Of a DNA stretch of 32,525 nucleotides, positions 16,633-25,342 are shown one piece after another. Position 1 is the first letter of the stretch, and every line of letters starts with the position of its first letter. The translations under genes and the position numbers were made by a program. Where the stretch lies: sequence record SRR22947727_5974; one strand, given 5' to 3'. Under the pieces are notes generated by a model. The model did not search any database. It had not been told where the DNA came from and saw only the letters and a program-made list of their open reading frames with translations.

Positions 16633-18045
16633 ATGACAAGCCCGGCTGAGTTGATCGGTGTTGCCGATTTTGTGGGTGACGGACTGAATATCCCTACTTG
16701 GCGGATTTGTGCGGGCCAGGGTTGGTGTGTGTTTGGTCGCAATGGCTCGGGTAAGCAATTACTCGATCGGTTGTTGGTGGGGAAACTCGCAACCGAGGCG
16801 GGCGCGATTGATCGAAAGATCGCGATCGCCGATATCGCCCTTATATCATTTGAGAGCCAGCAGGGGGTCTACGAGCAAGAACGGCGATTGGCGGCCACCG
16901 ATTTGCTCACCGATGACGAATCGGGAACACGGGTCGTGGATTTTTTACCATCGCAGAAATTAAGTGATCCTCTCATCGATGAGCTGAACCTTCGTCATCG
17001 CTTACAAGCTTTCTATCGAGAGCTGAGTACTGGGGAAAGTCGCAAGCTACTCGTGCTCAAGGCCTTGCTGGAAGATTCACGGCTGCTGGTTTGCGACAAT
17101 CCGTTTGATGGTCTGGATCCAGACGCGGTGGCGGCGATATCGATCGCTTTTGAGCATGCCATTCAGCGGGGTGTTGCGGTGGTGCTGCTTCTGAGTAACC
17201 GCACCGATATCCCCAGCTGGGTAACCTGTTTTGGCCATGTCGAGGACGGTGTTCTGGCGGTGATGGCGTCAGTGTCGCGAGAGCAGGCTTTGCGCGAGCT
17301 GGAGGACCGCGTCGCGGAGCCCACAATGCAGCAACCTGGGATCCCAGCTGATTCCATTCCACTCGCGCATTACGGCGCTGCACTGATTGCGGAGCTGAAC
17401 CAGTGCACGGTGCGTTATGGCGGTCGCTCCATCCTTCAAGATCTCTCTCTCAATATTGCGCCACTGCAACATACGTTGGTAACGGGAGAAAATGGGGCAG
17501 GTAAATCGACCCTGTTGGGACTGATCACGGGTGACTGTCCGCAGTGCTTTAGCAATGACGTTTCCGTGTTCGGTTATCGGCGGGGTACTGGCGAATCAGT
17601 GTGGGAAATCAAGCGACATCTGGGTTTGGTCAGTAATGACTTGCATCGGCGCTATACCGTGAGATGCGATGTGCTGGCGGCCGTCTGCTCGGGGTTTCAT
17701 GACTCGATCGGCGTGTACGATCCGGTATCGGATTTTCAAGTTCGATTGGCACGAGAGTGGTTGGCGGCGGTGGGCATGGAAGCAAAGGCGTCGCTCCCCC
17801 TACATTCCTTGAGTTATGGCGAGCAGCGTCTCGTGTTGATTGCGAGAGCGATGGTCAAGTCGCCATTGCTGTTGGTACTTGATGAGCCCACGCAAGGATT
17901 GGACGAGATGAACCGGGGTCGTATTCTCGATTTTCTCACGTCTATCGAGGCGCGGCGTCACAGCACGCTGTTGTTTGTTAGCCATCGGCAGGACGAACAT
18001 TTACCGCTCTTTCGCCAGCACATTCATTTGAAGCTGACGCTGTAG
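16633..18045 (+). CDS. modF: ModF-like ABC ATPase with two NBDs
   Basis: LISFESQ, LSTGESRK, PFDGLD (NBD1); GENGAGKSTLL..ITGD.PQ...N, FGYRRGTGESVWEIK, SGFHDSIG, LSYGEQR..LIARAMVK.P.LL.LDEPTQGLD (NBD2). Confidence 0.85.
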   Translation: MTSPAELIGVADFVGDGLNIPTWRICAGQGWCVFGRNGSGKQLLDRLLVGKLATEAGAIDRKIAIADIALISFESQQGVYEQERRLAATDLLTDDESGTRVVDFLPSQKLSDPLIDELNLRHRLQAFYRELSTGESRKLLVLKALLEDSRLLVCDNPFDGLDPDAVAAISIAFEHAIQRGVAVVLLLSNRTDIPSWVTCFGHVEDGVLAVMASVSREQALRELEDRVAEPTMQQPGIPADSIPLAHYGAALIAELNQCTVRYGGRSILQDLSLNIAPLQHTLVTGENGAGKSTLLGLITGDCPQCFSNDVSVFGYRRGTGESVWEIKRHLGLVSNDLHRRYTVRCDVLAAVCSGFHDSIGVYDPVSDFQVRLAREWLAAVGMEAKASLPLHSLSYGEQRLVLIARAMVKSPLLLVLDEPTQGLDEMNRGRILDFLTSIEARRHSTLLFVSHRQDEHLPLFRQHIHLKLTL

Positions 18046-18048
18046 AAG

Positions 18049-18080
18049 GAAAACGCTTTAAAAAGAAAACGCTTTAAAAA
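18049..18080 (+). repeat. Perfect 16-bp tandem duplication GAAAACGCTTTAAAAA x2
   Basis: Copies at 18049-18064 and 18065-18080, in the short gap between converging genes. Confidence 0.95.
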
Positions 18081-18089
18081 GCAGACGTT

Positions 18090-18828
18090 CTAACAAGCAG
18101 ACAGTCCCGTCTGACTCTTACCTAGGATGAGTGCGTGGATATCATGCGTCCCTTCATAGGTGTTCACGACCTCCAAATTCACCATGTGACGCATCACAGA
18201 GCAGTCGTCCGAGATGCCATTACCGCCCAGCATATCTCGCGCAGAGCGGGCAATATCGAGCGCCTCACCACACGAGTTTCGCTTGATGAGGCTGATGAGG
18301 TCGGGTGAGATAGCGCCTGCGGAGCGTAATCGTCCAATTTGCAGGCAGCCCTGCAGTGCCAGCCCAATTGCTGTCTGCATATCGGCAAGTTTTACTTGCA
18401 CCAATTGTTTAGAGACGAGCGGGGCGCCAAACTGAGTGCGTTCTAGGGTGTCATCGCGCGCGACATGCCAGCAGTCCACAGCTGCGCCCAAAACCCCCAA
18501 GCGATGCCGTAACGGGCATTGTTGAGTCAACCAAAGGGGCCTTTGAGTCCCTCTACATTGGGCAAATTATTTTCGGTAGGCACGAACACATCATCCATAA
18601 CAATTTCGCCCGTGATCGACGCTCTCAGCGCCAATTTACCGTCATCTCCGCAAAGAGACTCGCATCGGTCTGCTCGTGACGAAAAGCATTTTGCACTCTT
18701 GGCGCCGGAGAGCCTTGGGCAAACTGCTGGGCACTGTCTCGCACCATGCGCTGTTCTTCCATGAGCTGCGCATTGAGCTCAAAGGGATCTTGCCAGTTAA
18801 GTGGCATCCAGTGCGTTCTTGCGGTCAT
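18090..18828 (-). pseudogene. gcdH: Glutaryl-CoA dehydrogenase pseudogene
   Basis: N-terminal [20 protein letters not shown]...[10 protein letters not shown] joins out of frame at about 18643/18642 to [21 protein letters not shown]...GLKGPFG. There is a TGA at 18529-18527 and a one-base loss in the G-run at 18498-18494. The C-terminus [23 protein letters not shown]...[15 protein letters not shown] is intact. Confidence 0.9.
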
Positions 18829-18844
18829 GATCAGATATCCAATG

Positions 18845-18867
18845 ACCATTGACGGAGAGTGAATGGT
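18845..18867. promoter_or_regulatory. Inverted repeat in the divergent gcdH / YeiH-family promoter region (operator candidate)
   Basis: ACCATTGAC-GGAGA-GTGAATGGT: 9-bp arms with one mismatch. Confidence 0.3.
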
Positions 18868-18923
18868 AAAATATCAACTAGCTAGGTGAACGTTATGCTG
18901 GCGAGAGAGTTAGGAGCCACTCA

Positions 18924-19913
18924 GTGATTGCTTTTCCGTTTCAACAGTACCTGCCCGGTGTGGCGGTATCCGCTGCCTTAGCCGTCGCTGCCACCGTGGT
19001 GTCCTCGCGCTATGGCGCGCCTGCCATGTTGATAGGGCTGCTGCTGGGTATGGCTTGCCATTTTGTTAGCGACATCAAAAGAATGCGGTTGGGGTTGGAT
19101 CTGATCGCGGGACCCGCGTTGCGCGTGGGGGTTGCACTGTTGGCCTTACGGTTGACGTTGACCGATTTAGCACAGCTGGGCTGGCAATCTGTCTTGTTCT
19201 TGGTGGTTGCAATCGTGCTGACAATCGTCGTGGGCATGATCGGTGCACGGTTACTCAAAGTTGACCGAGCGCTTGGCGTGCTGACCGGTGGCGCCGTCGC
19301 CATTTGTGGCGCATCGGCGGCGATGGCGATTGCGAGTGTATTGCCCGATTCGGCTTATAAGCAACGCTTGACCTCGTTCACGGTGATCGGGGTGGCGAGC
19401 TTCAGTACCATTGCGATGATCTTCTATCCCGTCGTAGGGCAGTATGTGGCCCTCGATCATCAAGCCATGGGCTTTTTTATCGGCGCAGCTATTCACGATG
19501 TTGCTCAAGTGGTTGGCGCGGGTTATAGCGTTTCGCTGGAGTCTGGCGACACCGCAACATTAGTGAAGCTCTTCAGGGTGGCGATGCTCATACCGGTTGT
19601 TGGCGTCATCTCGGTGTGGATGACGATGTCTCGCAGTGTGCCTACAGCGAGCCACCGGATACCGCCGGTGCCTTTATTTTTAGTGGGATTTTTGTTGCTC
19701 TTTGGAGCAAACAGTATGGAATGGATTCCGCCATCGTTAAGCCATTCGTTGGCGGGTATTGCGCCGATACTGTTGCTGCTGGCGATTACAGCACTGGGTA
19801 TGAAGACGTCGCTGCGCGATATGATGGAAATTGGTCCGAGACCGGTCATTTTGCTAGGCGTGGAGACGCTGTTCCTAGCGGCGCTGGTCTTAACGTTTTT
19901 GCTTTTACGCTAA
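18924..19913 (+). CDS. YeiH/TauZ-family putative sulfate exporter membrane protein
   Basis: Highly hydrophobic; YGAPAML..LLLGM, LRVGVALL, GGAVAICGASAAMA, GAAIHDVAQVVGAGY, ATLVKLFRV, ALGMKTS. RBS aggag. Confidence 0.88.
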   Translation: MIAFPFQQYLPGVAVSAALAVAATVVSSRYGAPAMLIGLLLGMACHFVSDIKRMRLGLDLIAGPALRVGVALLALRLTLTDLAQLGWQSVLFLVVAIVLTIVVGMIGARLLKVDRALGVLTGGAVAICGASAAMAIASVLPDSAYKQRLTSFTVIGVASFSTIAMIFYPVVGQYVALDHQAMGFFIGAAIHDVAQVVGAGYSVSLESGDTATLVKLFRVAMLIPVVGVISVWMTMSRSVPTASHRIPPVPLFLVGFLLLFGANSMEWIPPSLSHSLAGIAPILLLLAITALGMKTSLRDMMEIGPRPVILLGVETLFLAALVLTFLLLR

Positions 19914-20145
19914 GGCAACGAGTGGGCCCTTAGGGAGCCCAGTGAGCTGCGCAGACGAGGCGTTAAGTGAGCGTCGTCCCAAGGCATTTGCGATGATATT
20001 AAATCGATGGTGTTGTTAATCAAGGCGCTACATTAAGATGCGCCGTTCCTGCTGACTGAGTCGTCACATTGCATGGCAGGAAGCGAGTGTGAGGCACCTC
20101 ACAAGCTTTTCACAGTGTACTGATACGAAACAAAAAGGAGACGAT

Positions 20146-21606
20146 ATGTCTTTCGAGCTTTCAGATCCCGCGCTATTGCGCAAATCCTCTTTTATTGACG
20201 GTATTTGGCAGGAGGGGGAAGGGCGCATGTTACCGGTGGTGAATCCAGCGACGGGAGCGGTGGTCGCAGAGGTGCTGACAACCGATCGTGCGGGTACTGA
20301 AAAAGCCATTGCCGCCGCGGATATGGCAATGACTTCCTGGAAGGCTCAGCCTGCCAAACAGCGCGCGCAAGTGTTACGGCGTTGGTTTGAGTTAATGATG
20401 ACGCATCAAGAAGATCTTGCGAGGATTATGACGATCGAGCAGGGTAAAGCGATCGCTGAGAGCCGGGGCGAAGTGGCATATGGTGCCGCATTCATGGAGT
20501 GGTTTGGCGAGCAAGCGAAAAGAATCGATGGCGATGTGATACCTGCACCCTCAGCAGATAAGCGTGTGATCTGTATCAAGCAGCCGGTGGGTGTGGTCGC
20601 GGCGATCACGCCATGGAATTTTCCGAATGCGATGATCGCCCGCAAGGCGGCCCCAGCGCTGGCGGCAGGCTGTTCCATTGTAATTAAGCCGGCTTCTGAG
20701 ACGCCGTTGTCGGCCTTGGCAATGGCAGAGTTGGCACACCGGGCGGGAGTGCCGCCGGGTGTCGTTAATGTGGTCGTGGGCGCTTCATCCGCAATTGGCC
20801 CCGCACTGACAGAGAGTCAGGTCGTGCGTAAGCTCACGTTTACCGGTTCGACCGAGGTGGGCCGTCAGTTGGAACAGGACTGCGCGCAGACCTTGAAGCG
20901 CACCTCTATGGAGCTGGGCGGCAATGCCCCCTTCATCGTGTTTGACGATGCTGATGTTGAGGCGGCCGTGGCGGGTGCGCTGGTATCGAAATACCGAAAT
21001 AGCGGTCAAACCTGTGTTTGTACTAATCGGATCCTCGTACAGGATACGATCTATGAGCAGTTCGTCGATCAGTTGGTGACTGCTACTGCGGCGCTTAAAA
21101 TGGGTGATGGACTCGATCCTGACACTGATCAGGGACCTCTGGTGAACGAGGGGGCAGTGGATGACGTAGAGCGCCTGGTGGCGTTATCGACTGCCGCAGG
21201 GGCAACTGTTGCTTTGGGTGGGGCGAGATCTGATTTAGGCGCTTGCTTTTATCAACCGACAATATTGACTCAGGTGACGCCGGATATGGCGGTTTTTCGT
21301 AACGAGATTTTTGGTCCAGTTGCCCCCGTTACCGTATTTCACGATGAGTCCGAGGCAGTTGCGCTGGCCAATGATACGGAATTTGGATTAGCCGCTTATT
21401 TTTATACCCGTGATATTGGGCGAGTATGGCGGGTTGCCGAAGCGCTCGAGTACGGCATGGTGGGGATTAACGAGGGCATTATCTCGAACGAAATGGCGCC
21501 TTTTGGTGGGGTCAAATGGTCGGGTTCTGGGCGCGAAGGGTCGAAGTACGGTATTGAAGATTATCTAGATATTAAATATATCTTAATGGGCGGGCTCGAT
21601 CGCTAG
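20146..21606 (+). CDS. gabD: NAD(P)-dependent succinate-semialdehyde dehydrogenase (GabD/DavD family)
   Basis: ITPWNFP, KAAPALAAGC, FTGSTEVG, SMELGGNAPFIVF, RNSGQTCVC, EIFGPV, APFGGVK.SG.GREGSKYG. ATG 20146 has an aaggag RBS. Confidence 0.9.
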   Translation: MSFELSDPALLRKSSFIDGIWQEGEGRMLPVVNPATGAVVAEVLTTDRAGTEKAIAAADMAMTSWKAQPAKQRAQVLRRWFELMMTHQEDLARIMTIEQGKAIAESRGEVAYGAAFMEWFGEQAKRIDGDVIPAPSADKRVICIKQPVGVVAAITPWNFPNAMIARKAAPALAAGCSIVIKPASETPLSALAMAELAHRAGVPPGVVNVVVGASSAIGPALTESQVVRKLTFTGSTEVGRQLEQDCAQTLKRTSMELGGNAPFIVFDDADVEAAVAGALVSKYRNSGQTCVCTNRILVQDTIYEQFVDQLVTATAALKMGDGLDPDTDQGPLVNEGAVDDVERLVALSTAAGATVALGGARSDLGACFYQPTILTQVTPDMAVFRNEIFGPVAPVTVFHDESEAVALANDTEFGLAAYFYTRDIGRVWRVAEALEYGMVGINEGIISNEMAPFGGVKWSGSGREGSKYGIEDYLDIKYILMGGLDR

Positions 21607-21680
21607 CGAGCGCCAGTTGGCGAGTCAATCGACGCCCGCGTGCTAGGGCAGTGGTTTCGTGAATAAAGAGATGAAGGCAT

Positions 21681-22148
21681 ATGGATTTAAGTCAATTTCG
21701 ACAAGCGCTCGGGTCATTCGCCACGGGTATCTGTCTGGTCACCGTGACAGACGAAACCCTGGGTCCGCTGGCGATGACGGTCAATTCCTTCTCCTCTGTA
21801 TCGCTCGAACCCGCTTTGGTGCTGTGGAGTATTCAGGATACCTCTGATCATCTTCAGACTTATACGGAGTGCCCTCATTTTGGCATCAGTATCTTGAGTG
21901 AGGAGCAGGCCGCGTTATCCAGCCATTACGCTCAGCGGGGTGGTCACGCGGCGCTTGAAGAACACTTTATCGTGGGCCCTTCGGGCGAACCGCAGCTGAT
22001 TGATGCACACGTCCATTTCACCTGTGCCACACACGCAACCTATCCCGGAGGAGATCATCAAATTATTCTCGGGGAGGTGCTGGATATGACACTGCGCGAT
22101 GCGTCCCCTCTCATCTTTTATGGTGGTGGCTACAGAGGGCTCAGTTGA
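21681..22148 (+). CDS. Flavin reductase family protein (HpaC/DszD-like)
   Basis: FRQALGSFATGI, TVNSFSSVSLEPALVLWSI, GGDHQI.LGEV, PLIFY.GGY. Confidence 0.92.
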   Translation: MDLSQFRQALGSFATGICLVTVTDETLGPLAMTVNSFSSVSLEPALVLWSIQDTSDHLQTYTECPHFGISILSEEQAALSSHYAQRGGHAALEEHFIVGPSGEPQLIDAHVHFTCATHATYPGGDHQIILGEVLDMTLRDASPLIFYGGGYRGLS

Positions 22149-22154
22149 AACGCG

Positions 22155-22763
22155 TTACATCCCGTTCATAAACTGAGTGTGATCAATTTGTGTATCTTCC
22201 CTGATGGGCTTGAGCGCCTTGGCATAAGCCAGCAGTAACGTGAGGGCATAGTGCGCTCTCATGCCAAACGCTGCCTGAAGGTCTGCGTCATTCAACGTGG
22301 TGTCTGCATTGCAAATGGCCTTGACCGAACGCGCAATCAAGTGCTCGGGCAGCCAGCATAAACGGTTATTTTTATAGCTGCTCATTCTCAGCTCGGCAAT
22401 GACGTATGCCCCCCCTTCACCGGCAGATACTGCACAGGCGACGGCAGGTTTATGTGCCAGCTCAGGCATGCCAATACACAAAAAAAAGTTTTTGATGGCG
22501 GCGGGGGCCATGCCATGCCACTCCGGCGCAACCACAATGAGCCCATCGCTTTGTGTTAGCTGCGCGCTCAACAGTTTGAGTGGTTCCCATTGAGGCCCGT
22601 CACTCCAGATCTCTTCATCCCATAGGGGAAGTGGGTCAGCACCTAAGTCGCGCGTCCAGGTGTCGGCGCCGAACTGGGTCGTCAGCAGTGTCGATAAAAA
22701 ACGACCTACTTTGGCGCTTTGGGAGTCTTTGCGATGACTCCCGATGATGATGCCGATGTTCAT
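22155..22763 (-). CDS. NADPH-dependent FMN reductase (flavodoxin fold)
   Basis: IIGSHR.DSQS.KV, VVAPEWHG..PAAIKNFF, LAHKP, VSAGEGG. Confidence 0.85.
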   Translation of the reverse strand: MNIGIIIGSHRKDSQSAKVGRFLSTLLTTQFGADTWTRDLGADPLPLWDEEIWSDGPQWEPLKLLSAQLTQSDGLIVVAPEWHGMAPAAIKNFFLCIGMPELAHKPAVACAVSAGEGGAYVIAELRMSSYKNNRLCWLPEHLIARSVKAICNADTTLNDADLQAAFGMRAHYALTLLLAYAKALKPIREDTQIDHTQFMNGM

Positions 22764-22774
22764 AGCGATGCCGC

Positions 22775-23446
22775 CTAAGCAGCCAGCTCGGCAGAGAATA
22801 ACGCCAGCGTTCGCGCCTTAGCCGCAGCGGCAGCTGTTGCATCATAGGCGTCACGCTGATCACAATTAAAGCCGTGATCGGCCGCATAAAGGTGTACCGG
22901 CAAATCGGGTTTTTGTGCTTGAAACGCGGTCACCGATGCCATCGGGATATGCGCATCCAGCTCACCAAAATGGAGAATGGTAGGGCAAGAGGGAGAGATG
23001 TCGGCGTTATCAGGAATCCCGCCTCCGTAATAGGCTGAGGCGGCGGAGACGTTGTCTAGTTGGCAGCTGGATAGCCACGTGAGGAGTCCGCCAAAGCAGT
23101 ATCCGACAATGCCCACCTTGCCATGGTGTGCCGCATGGCCGATTGCGGCTTGCAAATCAGCGAGGGTTTGCGTCATCTCTAGCCGCTGAAAAGCGAGCTC
23201 GATCCCCTTCGTCATGCCAGATTCTGAATAGTCCAGCTGCACATCGCGCTCGAGGCGGTCAAATATTGCCGGGGCGATGGCATAAAAGCCTTCTGCCGCA
23301 TAGTCGTCGACCACTGAACGGATGTGCGAGTTGACACCAAAAACCTCTTGAATCACCACGACGGCCCCTTTGGCTTGGCCAGCGGGGGCGGCCTCGTAGG
23401 CGCCGAGTTCAAACCCATCGGTGCAGATGATATTCGTTAAAGCCAT
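22775..23446 (-). CDS. Dienelactone hydrolase family protein
   Basis: VVVIQEVFGVNSHI, GYCFGG (Cys nucleophile), HFGELDAHIP, ADHGFNCDQR. RBS gaggag. Confidence 0.93.
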   Translation of the reverse strand: MALTNIICTDGFELGAYEAAPAGQAKGAVVVIQEVFGVNSHIRSVVDDYAAEGFYAIAPAIFDRLERDVQLDYSESGMTKGIELAFQRLEMTQTLADLQAAIGHAAHHGKVGIVGYCFGGLLTWLSSCQLDNVSAASAYYGGGIPDNADISPSCPTILHFGELDAHIPMASVTAFQAQKPDLPVHLYAADHGFNCDQRDAYDATAAAAAKARTLALFSAELAA

Positions 23447-23686
23447 AGTGACTCTCCTCTCAAATGATGCGCGCGCAGGCGTGGCGGGCTATTGTGAACA
23501 AACTGACGCAAATGTAAAACCTTGCTTCTGAGGTTTTGCGAGTGCTTCGAGGTGCATAGTCCATGCTCGGTGGCATTCGTCGATATTTTCATTGACGAAA
23601 CCAGGTATTACAATTTGGCCTCTGCGCTCAGCCTTCGCACCCGAATGAAGTGCTGTCTCATCTGTTCCGATGACTGAGGATTCTAT

Positions 23687-24544
23687 GTGATGCATTGTTC
23701 AACGTCATTGATTTCGCCGACTCAATTGGCAGCGCGACAGTCAGACGAGAACCTGGTGATGCTCGATGCGTCTTGGTATCTCCCGACGGATGGGCGTGAT
23801 CCTGGCGCTGAGTATGTGACCAGTCATATCCCCGGGGCGCATTTTTTTGATATCGATGTCGTAGCGGACACCACGCATCCTTGTCCGCATATGTTGCCAA
23901 CAGCATCGATGTTTACTGAGCACATCCGAGCGCTGGGTATTGGTGCGGACACGGATGTGGTGATCTACGACACGAAGGGGTTGTTCTCTGCGCCGCGAGC
24001 GTGGTGGATGTTTCGCGTTTTCGGGCACCAGTCGGTCAAAGTGCTCGATGGCGGGCTACCGGCTTGGCTTGCCGCAGGGCAGTCGACGACGGCTGCAAAA
24101 AGTCCCATTGGGGTGCCGGCTAGTCCCTTCTCAGCTGGGTTTTGTCCAGAGTGGGTGGCCGATAAGGAGGAGGTGGCCAGACATCTCGCGCAACACTCCG
24201 CAATGGTCGTGGATGCTCGCTCAGCGCCGCGGTTTGCCGGCGCAGAACCCGAGCCAAGGCCCGGGGTGCGGCCCGGCCACATGCCAGGTGCTCGCAACCT
24301 GCATTACGCCAAGGTGATAGCCGGTGAGCCAGGCGTGTTGGCGTCTGAAGGAGAGCTGAGGGCGCTCTTTGATGCGGTGGGTGTCGATCACTCAACGCCG
24401 GTCGTCACCACCTGTGGATCGGGTATTTCTGCGTGTTTGCTGGCGTTGGCGTTGACTGAGTTGCACCCACGACCCATTGCGGTTTACGACGGATCATGGG
24501 CGGAATGGGGCGCAGATCCCAATTGTCCGGTAGAGAGGGCGTGA
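23687..24544 (+). CDS. sseA: 3-mercaptopyruvate sulfurtransferase (tandem rhodanese)
   Basis: DASWYLP, HIPGAHFFDID, PHMLP, RAWWMF, LDGGL..W, DARS..RF.G...EPRPG, CGSGISAC active site, YDGSWAEWG. Confidence 0.93.
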   Translation: MMHCSTSLISPTQLAARQSDENLVMLDASWYLPTDGRDPGAEYVTSHIPGAHFFDIDVVADTTHPCPHMLPTASMFTEHIRALGIGADTDVVIYDTKGLFSAPRAWWMFRVFGHQSVKVLDGGLPAWLAAGQSTTAAKSPIGVPASPFSAGFCPEWVADKEEVARHLAQHSAMVVDARSAPRFAGAEPEPRPGVRPGHMPGARNLHYAKVIAGEPGVLASEGELRALFDAVGVDHSTPVVTTCGSGISACLLALALTELHPRPIAVYDGSWAEWGADPNCPVERA

Positions 24545-24597
24545 TCGTTGCCTCAGGGTCTGCTATCTTCACGCGCGATAGCAACGACTGACACCCT

Positions 24598-25341
24598 ATG
24601 ACGCATCTGTATTTAATCGGAAACTGGAAAATGAACGGCAGCCGAGAGGCGATCGCTCAGTTTGCTGAGGAGTGGACCGTTCCGATGTCAGACGCCCTGC
24701 AGGTTGCCGTCGCCGTGCCATCTCCCTATTTGCAGCTCACGGCTGAGTTGCTACCCCAATTGGCTTTGGCGGCGCAGGATTGTGCACCAGAGGAAAAAGG
24801 CGCGCACACGGGGCAGGTATCGGCGGGCATGCTGGTCGATTGGGGCTGTCAGTTTGTCATCATTGGACATTCTGAACGCCGATCCGATCAAGGGGAGAGC
24901 GATGCGCTCGTTGCGGAGAAAGTGCATGCGGCGCAGCAGGCGGGTCTAAAGGCTGTGCTGTGTGTGGGGGAGAGTCACGCTGCCCGCGAGGCGGGAGATC
25001 ACAAAACGATGGTAACGAATCAGCTCCAAGCCGCGCTCGCTGGGGTGGATGCATCGCGTCTATTGGTGGCATATGAGCCGATCTGGGCGATTGGCACCGG
25101 TCTGACGGCGTCGACCGCACAGGTCGAGGAAATGCATGCCGTGATCAAGGGTGAGCTCGCATCGCACTTTGGCAACGAAGCAGCGGTGCCCGTTTTATAC
25201 GGTGGCAGCGTGACGGCTGACAATGCGCGGGCCCTGTTCGACTGTGCCGGCGTCGATGGCGCATTAGTGGGCGGTGCTTCCCTGAGTGCCGCCTCGTTTT
25301 CAGAAATTACTCAGGCCGGTTTGGCCCAATTACAGGCGTGA
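24598..25341 (+). CDS. tpiA: Triosephosphate isomerase
   Basis: GNWKMNG, GAHTG.VS, IIGHSERR, CVGE, AYEPIWAIGTG, LYGGSV, DGALVGGASL. Confidence 0.95.
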   Translation: MTHLYLIGNWKMNGSREAIAQFAEEWTVPMSDALQVAVAVPSPYLQLTAELLPQLALAAQDCAPEEKGAHTGQVSAGMLVDWGCQFVIIGHSERRSDQGESDALVAEKVHAAQQAGLKAVLCVGESHAAREAGDHKTMVTNQLQAALAGVDASRLLVAYEPIWAIGTGLTASTAQVEEMHAVIKGELASHFGNEAAVPVLYGGSVTADNARALFDCAGVDGALVGGASLSAASFSEITQAGLAQLQA

Positions 25342-25342
25342 T

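Noticed and set aside
18527-18529. In-frame TGA at a Cys position in gcdH as selenocysteine or readthrough
   Set aside because: The gene also has a large deletion and a frameshift, so nonsense decay is the simpler explanation.
22775-23446. Dienelactone hydrolase as evidence of chloroaromatic degradation linked to the LinA-like gene
   Set aside because: The family is ubiquitous, the gene is 17 kb away, and no chlorocatechol dioxygenase or cycloisomerase is present.
23489-23695. 68-aa minus-strand ORF and the 23514-23539 hairpin in the DLH/sseA intergenic region as a small gene or riboswitch
   Set aside because: No recognisable motif or RNA family signature; the region is most simply a divergent promoter.
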